Below, piece after piece: positions 28,249 to 37,205 of a DNA stretch of 64,000 bases (position 1 is the stretch's first letter; every line of letters starts with the position of its first letter). The DNA lies in assembly GCA_965224345.1 (NCBI GenBank), contig CBDCYU010000003.1, positions 1,993,748 through 2,057,747 of the forward strand. Reading direction: 5' to 3'. Made by a program: the position numbers and the translations under genes. A model generated the notes under the pieces. The model was not told the DNA's origin, made no database searches, and saw only the letters and a list, made by a program, of their open reading frames with translations. This DNA is from Dehalococcoidia bacterium. GTDB lineage: Bacteria > Chloroflexota > Dehalococcoidia > Lucifugimonadales > CBDCYU01.

Positions 28249-28304
28249 GGCGCCGCCGGCAGCAGCCAAGTAGATTCCCATTCAGCAGCAGGAGGTGGAG
28301 ACTC

Positions 28305-29390
28305 ATGGCAAGCCAGGTCAAAGGGATAATAGCCGGATCGGCCGGAGCGCCGGTCGCTCTCGAGGACATTCTCGTGCCCGATCCGGGGCCCGGCGAGGCG
28401 CTGGTGAGGGTGCAGGCCTGTGGCGTATGCCACACCGACCTTCACTACCGTGAAGGCGTGATCGGGGACGATTTCCCGTTCCTGCTGGGCCACGAGGCGG
28501 CCGGGGTCGTCGAGGCGGTTGGAGAGGGTGTGACCAACGTTGCGGCCGGTGACTTCGTCATCATCGCGTGGCGCGCCCCCTGCGGCAGCTGCCGCTCCTG
28601 CCTTCGGGGCCGCCCCTGGTACTGCTTCGACAGCAGGAACGCGGCGCAGCCGATGACCCTCGCCGACGGGAGCCCCCTCTCTCCGGCGCTGGGAATCGGC
28701 GCCTTCACGGAGCTGACGCTGGTCCACGCAAGCCAGGCGGTGAAGGTGGACCCGGCGGCGTCAGCCGCGGCGGCCGGACTCGTGGGCTGCGGGATCATGG
28801 CGGGGCTCGGCGCCGCCATCAACACCGGCGGCGTGACCCGGGGCGACTCGGTCGCGGTCTTCGGCTGTGGAGGCGTGGGAGACGCCGCCATCGCGGGCTC
28901 GCGCCTCGCCGGCGCCCACACCATCATCGCCGTCGATATCGACGACAGGAAGCTGGAGTGGGCCAAAGGATTCGGCGCCACGGATACGATCAACTCCACC
29001 GAGACGGACCCCATAGACGCCATCCGCGAGCTCACGGGAGGCAACGGGGTCGATGTCGCTATCGAGGCGGTCGGCAACCCGGCCACCTACGAGCAGGCCT
29101 TCTTCTCACGGGACCTCGCCGGAACGGTGGTGCTGGTCGGCGTCCCCAGCCCCGACATGAAGATCGAGCTCTCGTTGCTGGAGGTGTTCGGAAGGGGCGG
29201 CGCGCTCAAGTCGTCCTGGTACGGAGACTGCCTGCCCACAAGGGACTTTCCCCTGTACATCGACCTGTATCTCCAGGGCCGCCTGGACCTGGACGGCTTT
29301 GTGTCCGAGACCATCTCGCTGGAGGACGTGGAGGAGGCGTTCCACAGGATGGAGCGCGGCGAGGTGCTGCGCTCGGTGGTGATGATGTAG
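28305..29390 (+). CDS. Class III zinc alcohol dehydrogenase, S-(hydroxymethyl)mycothiol/glutathione dehydrogenase-like
   Basis: [34 protein letters not shown], and [12 protein letters not shown] Rossmann motif. Confidence 0.88.
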   Translation: MASQVKGIIAGSAGAPVALEDILVPDPGPGEALVRVQACGVCHTDLHYREGVIGDDFPFLLGHEAAGVVEAVGEGVTNVAAGDFVIIAWRAPCGSCRSCLRGRPWYCFDSRNAAQPMTLADGSPLSPALGIGAFTELTLVHASQAVKVDPAASAAAAGLVGCGIMAGLGAAINTGGVTRGDSVAVFGCGGVGDAAIAGSRLAGAHTIIAVDIDDRKLEWAKGFGATDTINSTETDPIDAIRELTGGNGVDVAIEAVGNPATYEQAFFSRDLAGTVVLVGVPSPDMKIELSLLEVFGRGGALKSSWYGDCLPTRDFPLYIDLYLQGRLDLDGFVSETISLEDVEEAFHRMERGEVLRSVVMM

Positions 29391-29424
29391 CCGTGGGAAA
29401 GAGGATCCGCGGTGGAGCACCCAG

Positions 29425-29445
29425 GGAACACCCTGTCGGTGTTCC
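29425..29445 (+). terminator. Terminator-like hairpin after the ADH gene
   Basis: GGAACACC ctgtc GGTGTTCC, 35 nt after the stop. No U-tract. Confidence 0.35.
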
Positions 29446-29469
29446 GCCGGAGGCTAGGAGCAGGTATTC

Positions 29470-29499
29470 TTGACATGGGCGCTTTGCGCTTGGTACCAT
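29470..29499 (+). promoter_or_regulatory. Candidate promoter of the thrC-like operon
   Basis: TTGACA (29470-29475), 18-nt spacer, TACCAT (29494-29499). Confidence 0.35.
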
Positions 29500-29600
29500 C
29501 GCCAAGCTGGAAAGCACGGCCTCGCCCCCACTGAGTCGAGGCTCCCGTCCCCATCCCCTGAGAGTTGCTGAGGAGTGGTTGCTTGACCCACATCACGTGT

Positions 29601-30803
<1,203 letters not shown>

Positions 30804-30888
30804 CGGTACGGCATAGGGAGCCACCGCATGGCCGGACGTGAGAGCCGGGTGCGGGCACGGCTATGCAGTGTCTCACAGGGGGTAGCTC

Positions 30889-31131
30889 ATGGCCAATAAG
30901 AGAGTCAGATTCACCTTTCCCAAGGACCTGATAACCGAGTCGATCATCTACCAGCTTGGGCACAAGTTCGAGGTGGTCACCAACATCCGAAGGGCTGACG
31001 TCCGAGAAGACATGGGTTGGGTAGTCCTGGAGCTGGAGGGTGAGGACTGCGAGATCTCCAAGGGTCTCGACTGGGTGCGCGACGCCGGAGTCAGGGTGGA
31101 CCCGGTGGCGGGCGACGTGGTCGAGGGATAG
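30889..31131 (+). CDS. NIL-domain protein (80 aa)
   Basis: RVRFTFPKDLITESIIYQLGHKFEVVTNIRRADVREDMGWVVLELEGE resembles the NIL (MetN C-terminal-like) ferredoxin-fold domain. Confidence 0.6.
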   Translation: MANKRVRFTFPKDLITESIIYQLGHKFEVVTNIRRADVREDMGWVVLELEGEDCEISKGLDWVRDAGVRVDPVAGDVVEG

Positions 31132-31228
31132 GTGGCTTAGACAGCTGACCGGTGAGAATCCGCCTTGGAGCCAGGAGATCCCGGCTGTCAAGGAGAGCAA
31201 CGCGAGGATAGATGGAGGGTCTTACGAC

Positions 31229-31504
31229 ATGAGTGTAACTGTCAGGATTCCGACTCCCCTTCGCAGGGTGACCAACGGACAGGACAAGGTCATAGTCGGT
31301 GAGGGAACGTTGGCCGAGATAGTCGGGTTGCTCGATGCCCAGTATCCGGGGATCAGGGAGCGCCTCTGCGACGAGACGGGTGAGCTGCGGAACTTCGTCA
31401 ACGTCTACGTCAACGGGGAGGATGTCCGATTCCTCCAGGGCTTGGAGAGCCGGGTCAAGGCTGGCGACGAGATCAGCATCGTTCCTGCCGTCGCCGGCGG
31501 CTGA
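31229..31504 (+). CDS. ThiS/MoaD-family sulfur-carrier protein (91 aa, C-terminal GG)
   Basis: GGAGGG SD, then MSVTVRIPTPLRRVTNGQDKV...VNGEDVRFLQGLESRVKAGDEISIVPAVAGG. Beta-grasp pattern ending in Gly-Gly. Confidence 0.8.
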   Translation: MSVTVRIPTPLRRVTNGQDKVIVGEGTLAEIVGLLDAQYPGIRERLCDETGELRNFVNVYVNGEDVRFLQGLESRVKAGDEISIVPAVAGG

Positions 31505-31516
31505 GGCGCCCGTCCC

Positions 31517-32677
31517 TTATCGGGACGGTCTCCTCTGCGCCATCAGCCACTTGCGCCGCTGGACGCGGCGGGTCTCTTGGTCCGGCGGCGTGAACGCAGC
31601 GTGGAACCCACTTCTATACTCCTCGAACCGCCCTTCCGCTATTGCGGCGCGCATCTCCTCCATGAGCCTCAGGACGAAGCGCAGGTTGTGGATCGTGGCC
31701 AGCCGGTAGGCCAGTAGCTCCCTGGCCTTGAAGAGGTGGTGCAGATAGGCTGCTGAGAAGGCGCCGCACGTGTAGCAGTCGCACCCGTCTTCTATGGGAC
31801 CTTCCCGGCTCCTGTAGGGGGCCTTGTCCACGTTGAGCCTTCCCTCCCGCACGAAGAGGGAGCCATTGCGGGCGATACGGGTGGGAAGGACGCAGTCGAA
31901 CATGTCGATGCCGCGGGCCACGCCCTCCACCAGGTCCTCCGGCGATCCCACCCCCATGAGGTAGCGGGGACGGTCCGCGGGCAGCAGGCCGGCCGTGACC
32001 TCCGCAGCCTCGTACATCTGCTCCTTCGACTCGCCCACGCTCAGGCCCCCGATGGCATATCCCGGGAAGTCCAGCCGTGTGATCGCCTCGGCGGACCGCC
32101 GGCGCAGGTCCGGGAACAGCCCGCCCTGTACGATGCCGAATAGGGTCTGGTCCCATCGGGAGTGGGCCTCTCGGCAGCGGGCGGCCCAACGGCTCGTGCG
32201 GTCCACAGCCTCCTGCACCGTCGAGCGGTCGGCGTCTGACGGTACGCACACGTCCAGGGGCATCACTATGTCCGCGCCAAGGCCTTCCTGGTAGGCGATG
32301 GCCGCCTCCGGGGTGAACTCGTGCATGCTGCCGTCTACGTGGGACTTGAACAGCGCTCCCCGCTCGCTGAGCTTTCGCAGATGCTCCAGGCTGAAGACCT
32401 GGAAGCCCCCGCTGTCGGTGAGTATGGGTCCGCTCCATCCCATCATGGAGTGGAGTCCGCCGAGCTTCCTGACGATCTCTACCCCGGGCCTCAGGTAGAG
32501 GTGGTAGGTATTGGCCAAGACGATGGAGGCGCCCACGCCTCTGAGGTCCCTGGGGTCCAGGGCCTTCACGGAGCCCAGGGTGGCCACGGGCATGAACACG
32601 GGCGTCGGCAGCTCCCCGTGCGCCGTTCGTACGATGCCCGTTCTGGCCTTGCCGTCGCTGTGGTGTACCTCGAACAT
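31517..32677 (-). CDS. tgt: tRNA-guanine transglycosylase (queuine tRNA-ribosyltransferase)
   Basis: 386 aa. GELPTPVFMPVAT, LTDSGGFQ, and the zinc site CDCYTC...H. Confidence 0.93.
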   Translation of the reverse strand: MFEVHHSDGKARTGIVRTAHGELPTPVFMPVATLGSVKALDPRDLRGVGASIVLANTYHLYLRPGVEIVRKLGGLHSMMGWSGPILTDSGGFQVFSLEHLRKLSERGALFKSHVDGSMHEFTPEAAIAYQEGLGADIVMPLDVCVPSDADRSTVQEAVDRTSRWAARCREAHSRWDQTLFGIVQGGLFPDLRRRSAEAITRLDFPGYAIGGLSVGESKEQMYEAAEVTAGLLPADRPRYLMGVGSPEDLVEGVARGIDMFDCVLPTRIARNGSLFVREGRLNVDKAPYRSREGPIEDGCDCYTCGAFSAAYLHHLFKARELLAYRLATIHNLRFVLRLMEEMRAAIAEGRFEEYRSGFHAAFTPPDQETRRVQRRKWLMAQRRPSR

Positions 32678-32686
32678 GGCTCCCGC

Positions 32687-33535
32687 TCAGCCACGGATGC
32701 CTTGGACTACCAGCAGGACTCCCAATGCGAACAGGACCACCAACAGGAGCCTCAGAAGCGACGAGCCCGCGACCCGTTCTGCCAGTCGAGCGCCCACCTG
32801 GGCACCTGCTATGAAGCCGATTCCGGCCCACAGGAAGGTCGGCTCGATGTGGCCGAGCAGCATGTAGACGACCGCGCCAGCGGCCCCGTAGAAGGAAAGG
32901 GCGAATAGCGAGGTCGCCACGGCCACCCGAACTGGGAAGTTGAAGAATTGCACCAACACCGGCGTCCGGATCGGGCCTCCGGCTATTCCGAAGAAGCTGG
33001 AGATGAACCCCAGCACGAGATTGAATACCGTTGCGGCCGGCTCGTTGAACCTGTATTTGAACACACGGCCGTCCTTGGCAACGATTCGCCGACCTCCATG
33101 GGCGGCATCTGCCGCCGCGTCGTCGGTCCCGCCGCCGCTCTCGCCCGGGTTGGGTCGCACCAGCATCAGGACGGACAGCCCGACCAGCAGCACTCCGAAC
33201 AGTATCTTGAAGATGCTCCCGCTCACCATTGACACGACGAAGGGAGCGATCACGGAGCCCGGCATAGCCGCGGCAGCGAACAGGACGCCGCTCCTGAGGT
33301 CGATCAGCCCCGACTTGCGGTAGACCTGGGTTCCCGATATTCCGGTCACCGTGACCAGGGCCAGGGACGTCCCCGCCGCAACGGCAGGCTCCAACCCTAT
33401 GAAGACCAGCACCGGGCTGAAGATGAAGCCGCCGCCCGCTCCCACCATCGCCCCGTAGGCGGCGGTGCCGAATCCCAGCAGAAACAGCGAGATAGGCTCC
33501 ACGAACCCCTGGAGCAACTGCGGAAGAGATTCCAC
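32687..33535 (-). CDS. TauE/SafE (TSUP) family sulfite/anion exporter
   Basis: Repeated GxGGG membrane motifs (MVGAGGGFIFSP, GIAGGPIRTPVL). Start set at GTG 33535, 9 nt after the aroKB stop. The track ORF extension overlaps aroB. Confidence 0.72.
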   Translation of the reverse strand: MESLPQLLQGFVEPISLFLLGFGTAAYGAMVGAGGGFIFSPVLVFIGLEPAVAAGTSLALVTVTGISGTQVYRKSGLIDLRSGVLFAAAAMPGSVIAPFVVSMVSGSIFKILFGVLLVGLSVLMLVRPNPGESGGGTDDAAADAAHGGRRIVAKDGRVFKYRFNEPAATVFNLVLGFISSFFGIAGGPIRTPVLVQFFNFPVRVAVATSLFALSFYGAAGAVVYMLLGHIEPTFLWAGIGFIAGAQVGARLAERVAGSSLLRLLLVVLFALGVLLVVQGIRG

Positions 33536-33543
33536 GGCTTGGG

Positions 33544-35196
33544 CTACTGCGACAACCGCGTCAACGTCTCTTGCACCAGGCCCAGGGGAACGTCGCTCCT
33601 GACGGTAGCCTTTCCGATCTCGTCCAGCAGCACCCAGCGAAGCGCCCCGCCCGCGACCTTCTTGTCCGAGAGCATCGCCTGGGAGAGCGCCTCCGGGTCC
33701 ACGCCGGGACACCTGAGGGGCAGGCCGATCCCCTCCAGGACAGCCTTCTGACGCTCCATATCATCTTTCGACATCATACCCATCGCCGTACCGATGTGGG
33801 CCGCTCCCATCATGCCGACACTCACGGCCTCCCCGTGGAGGTAGCGGGCGTACCCTGTGACCGCCTCGATGGCATGCCCTATGGTGTGGCCGTAGTTCAG
33901 CAGGATCCTTATGCCCAGCGTCTCCCGTTCGTCCTGCGACACGACGTTGGCCTTGATTGCCACGCTGCGCCGGATCACGTCGGTGGCAGCCCTCTGCTCC
34001 AGGGAGAGGATCGTCTCGCGCTGCCCCTCGAAGGTCGCGAACAGATCGGCGTCGAGGATCAAGCCATGCTTTACAGCCTCCGCCCATCCCGATACGAGCT
34101 CTCGCCGCGGCAGCGTTTTGAGCGCCGTGACGTCGGCCAAGACGAACTTCGGCTGGTAGAAGGCGCCCACAAGGTTCTTGCCCTGCGGCAGGTCGACGGC
34201 GACCTTGCCTCCGACGGATGCGTCCATCATCGCCAGCATGCTGGTGGGCACCTGGGCGAAGGGCATCCCCCGCACATAGGTCGCCGCGGCGAATCCCGCC
34301 AGGTCCCCAACCATGCCGCCGCCAACCGCCAGCACGAGGTCGGACCGCTCGGCCTTCCGTCCGGCGAGCCACCCGTAGACGTGCTGGGCCGACTCCAGGG
34401 TCTTGCTCTGCTCTCCCGGGTCCAATAGGAGCATGTGTGCCGGTATCCCGGACGACTCCAGGGCTGCCTGGGCGCGGCGCGCCTGCCGGAATGCGCCCTC
34501 GTCGCTGACGATGTACGCCGTTCCGGGAGACAGTCTCTCCTTGACACGCTCTCCGAGACTGTCGAGGATGTTCCATCCGACCCAGACAGGATAGTCGCCG
34601 GAGGAGGTCTTGACCAGTGCTGCCAGGTCGCCGTCCTCGCGGCCGCTGACCGCGCCGCCGGACCCGGCAAGCACCCTCCATCCCCTGACCACCTCGTCCG
34701 CCGCCTCGGAGGGCGTCAGGCTGTCGGTGTGGACGGTCCAGTGGGCCAGGCTGTAGCTGGGCTGGCGCTCGGCCTTCAGGGTGCGTATCCTCTTCGCGGG
34801 GTCGGCGTCCGCCAGCATGGGCCGGGCTGCCGGATCCTCCTCTTCCGAAGACTGCTTCAGAAGCCGCTGCCGGATGGTCTCCGGCCTGGCCTCCAAGCAC
34901 ACGACGAGGCCATTGGACTCCATCACCCTGCGGTTTCGCGGGTCCACGGGCACCCCGCCGCCGGTCGATATGACTTGCTCCGTACCCTGGGCGGCGCTGG
35001 ACAGACGGTCCCGCTCCAGGCGTCGAAAGTGCCGCTCCCCCAGCGTGGAGAAGATCGCCTCGATGGACGTTCCTTCGCCGCCGGATATCACCTCGTCTAT
35101 GTCGACGAAGCGCCAACCCAGCTGCTGGGCCACTATCCGCCCGACAGTGGTCTTCCCTGAGCCGGAGAACCCGGTGATGAATATGTTCGACTTCAA
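33544..35196 (-). CDS. aroK-aroB: Bifunctional shikimate kinase / 3-dehydroquinate synthase
   Basis: N-terminus: NIFITGFSGSGKTTVGR (AroK Walker A). C-terminus: GGGMVGDLAGFAAATYVRGMPFAQVPTS, GHTIGHAIE (AroB). TTG start overlaps the aroE stop (CTTGA). Confidence 0.85.
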   Translation of the reverse strand: MKSNIFITGFSGSGKTTVGRIVAQQLGWRFVDIDEVISGGEGTSIEAIFSTLGERHFRRLERDRLSSAAQGTEQVISTGGGVPVDPRNRRVMESNGLVVCLEARPETIRQRLLKQSSEEEDPAARPMLADADPAKRIRTLKAERQPSYSLAHWTVHTDSLTPSEAADEVVRGWRVLAGSGGAVSGREDGDLAALVKTSSGDYPVWVGWNILDSLGERVKERLSPGTAYIVSDEGAFRQARRAQAALESSGIPAHMLLLDPGEQSKTLESAQHVYGWLAGRKAERSDLVLAVGGGMVGDLAGFAAATYVRGMPFAQVPTSMLAMMDASVGGKVAVDLPQGKNLVGAFYQPKFVLADVTALKTLPRRELVSGWAEAVKHGLILDADLFATFEGQRETILSLEQRAATDVIRRSVAIKANVVSQDERETLGIRILLNYGHTIGHAIEAVTGYARYLHGEAVSVGMMGAAHIGTAMGMMSKDDMERQKAVLEGIGLPLRCPGVDPEALSQAMLSDKKVAGGALRWVLLDEIGKATVRSDVPLGLVQETLTRLSQ

Positions 35197-36167
35197 GGCG
35201 CCTCCACGGTGCGAGAGGGCGGCAGGCGCCCATCGGCCAGCGCCTTCCGGGCAGCCGTGAACATCGCCTGTATCGGGGCCTTCCTCCCTGTCCAGAGCTC
35301 GAAGGATGCGGCGCCTTGGTAGACGAGCATCGAAAGCCCTCCCAGTGTACTTGCGCCGGCGCGGGCCGCCTCCATCAGCAGAGGCGTTTCGGCAGGATTG
35401 TACACCATGTCGTAGACCAGGGAGGTCGACGGCGCCAGCCGTGCATCGATTGGCGCGCGGCCCTGGGAATCGCTGTGCACCATCCCTATCGAGGTGCAGT
35501 TGACGATGATGTCGGCGGCCAGACATGCCCTGGCCAGATGGCCGCCCTCGATGGGTACGGCCTTCACGTCCTTCGCCAGCTCACCCAGGTCCCGGACGAG
35601 GGATTCCGCCCGGCTGACGGTCCTGTTGGCGATGATGATGGAAGCCGCGCCCTCCCCCGCAAGAGCGAACACCGCGGCCCGGCCCGCGCCGCCGGCGCCC
35701 AACACCAGGACCCTCTTCCCCCGGGGCTCCACGCCGCCGCTCTCGCGGAGGGCCCTGATGAACCCGCCGGCATCGGTGTTGTACCCGGTCAGACGCCCCT
35801 GATCCTTCACAATCGTATTCACGGCGCCGATCCGCTTCGCCCAGGGCTCGACCTCGTCGATCAAGCTCATCACGGCCTCCTTGTGGGGCACCGTAACGTT
35901 GGCCCCCAGGAAGGCGTCGCTCCGCAGCTTCCGTATCTCGGAGGCGAGATCATTGGGCGGCGTAGACCACGCATCGTATCGGACCGGCAGCGAATGGTAG
36001 TCGAAGGCGGCCTGCTGGAAGGCCGGCGATATCGAGTGAGCCAGCGGATAGCCGAATATACCAGCGTATTGGGTCTTGAGCTCCTCCTTCACTTCTTGAA
36101 CATGCCTCCCAACAGCAGGGTTCTCTCCACTTGGCCTCTCGTTCGCAGGACGCGGCTTGGGTTCCAA
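35193..36167 (-). CDS. aroE: Shikimate dehydrogenase
   Basis: YAGIFGYPLAHSISPAFQQAAF, NVTVPHK, GAGGAGRA. The true start may be GTG 36092 (GGGAGG SD). Confidence 0.88.
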   Translation of the reverse strand: MEPKPRPANERPSGENPAVGRHVQEVKEELKTQYAGIFGYPLAHSISPAFQQAAFDYHSLPVRYDAWSTPPNDLASEIRKLRSDAFLGANVTVPHKEAVMSLIDEVEPWAKRIGAVNTIVKDQGRLTGYNTDAGGFIRALRESGGVEPRGKRVLVLGAGGAGRAAVFALAGEGAASIIIANRTVSRAESLVRDLGELAKDVKAVPIEGGHLARACLAADIIVNCTSIGMVHSDSQGRAPIDARLAPSTSLVYDMVYNPAETPLLMEAARAGASTLGGLSMLVYQGAASFELWTGRKAPIQAMFTAARKALADGRLPPSRTVEAP

Positions 36168-36336
36168 CGGTAGTATATCAGCGAGCCGTCGGGGTCGGCT
36201 GTACGAGGATCGAGTCGGTGCAAACTCCGGTCAAATCCGCTGGGCCGCTACGTTGAAACTCCAAATTAGACGCTGCTACGATTGCACCATCACGGCTGGT
36301 CTCTCCAGGGGAGCGACCGGAGTTAGGACGGAAGCC

Positions 36337-36960
36337 ATGGTCGATACGAAGGCCGATTTCGATCTGTTGGTCGACCAGATCCACTCGTGCACCCTCTGCA
36401 GTCTGTCGGAGAAACGGACCAACGCGGTGCCCGGGGAAGGGTCTCGTGCGGCTGACATCATGTTCATAGGGGAGGGACCGGGGTTCTACGAAGACCGCGA
36501 TGGCCGTCCCTTCGTCGGCCCCGCCGGGCACTTCCTCGACGAGCTCCTGGCCTCCATCGACCTCAGCAGGCAGGATGTCTACATAACCAACATGGTCAAG
36601 TGCCGTCCGCCCAATAACCGGGACCCGCTGCCCGGCGAGATACGCGCGTGCCAGCCCTATCTGGACAGCCAGATCGACCTTATCTCACCCAAGGTCATCG
36701 TGACCCTGGGGCGGTTCTCCTTCGGTAAGCTCTTCCCGGGCGAGTCGATAAGCAGGGCACGGGGCAAGCCCCGCAGGTGGAAAGAGATCATGGTCTACCC
36801 GATGTACCATCCCGCTGCCGCGCTGCACAATCCGACGTTGCGCCCGGTGATAGAGGGCGACTTCAGCCGGCTACCGTCCCTCGTAGACCAGGTTGTCGGG
36901 GAGCCCGCCGCCGAGAGCCCCACTCGGCAAGAAGCGGAACAGCTGAGCCTGTTCCAGTAG
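36337..36960 (+). CDS. Family-4 uracil-DNA glycosylase
   Basis: CTLCSL...VPGEG...IMFIGEGPGFYEDRDGRPFVGPAG and YHPAAAL motifs. ATG at 36337 within track ORF 36157..36960. Confidence 0.88.
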   Translation: MVDTKADFDLLVDQIHSCTLCSLSEKRTNAVPGEGSRAADIMFIGEGPGFYEDRDGRPFVGPAGHFLDELLASIDLSRQDVYITNMVKCRPPNNRDPLPGEIRACQPYLDSQIDLISPKVIVTLGRFSFGKLFPGESISRARGKPRRWKEIMVYPMYHPAAALHNPTLRPVIEGDFSRLPSLVDQVVGEPAAESPTRQEAEQLSLFQ

Positions 36961-36973
36961 GACCCCCTCTCAA

Positions 36974-36994
36974 TCTCCCCCTGCGAGGGGGAGA
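36974..36994 (+). terminator. Hairpin after the UDG gene
   Basis: TCTCCCCCT gcg AGGGGGAGA, 14 nt after the stop. An 18-bp palindrome TCCTTCTCCGGAGAAGGA follows at 37022-37039. Confidence 0.4.
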
Positions 36995-37110
36995 AGTGGG
37001 TTTGCTCCTCAAGCTGGCAACTCCTTCTCCGGAGAAGGAATAGGGTGAGGGTGATAGCCGTTCGCTGACCGGGGTTGGCGCATGCCTGAGAGCTCAGCCA
37101 GCGTGGAAAA

Positions 37111-37143
37111 AGTCCCCTTTCCCATCTTGTGGGAGAGGGGACT
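37111..37143 (-). terminator. Intrinsic terminator of the 748-aa membrane protein gene (bidirectional shape)
   Basis: 14-bp stem AGTCCCCTTTCCCA / TGGGAGAGGGGACT (one G-U pair), 5-nt loop. Flanked by A-run on the plus strand (T-run on the minus strand) and TTT on the other side. Confidence 0.6.
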
Positions 37144-37205
37144 TTCGAAGAGGGGTCCTACACTCCGCCCGGCGCGCGGACGCTTCCACCGTCGAGGCGT
37201 TGCCT

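Noticed and set aside
29500-29600. SAM or other riboswitch in the leader of the thrC-like/sulfur-carrier operon
   Set aside because: I could fold local hairpins (GCTTT..GCTTGG/CCAAGC..AAAGC, GCCTCG/CGAGGC). However, I found none of the SAM-I, SAM-II or SAM-IV core sequences, so there is no support beyond context.
35197-35526. 110-codon extension of the aroK-aroB ORF, and similarly 33536..33712 for the TauE ORF
   Set aside because: These would overlap the upstream genes extensively. The Walker A motif and the first TM helix fix the starts near 35196 and 33535.
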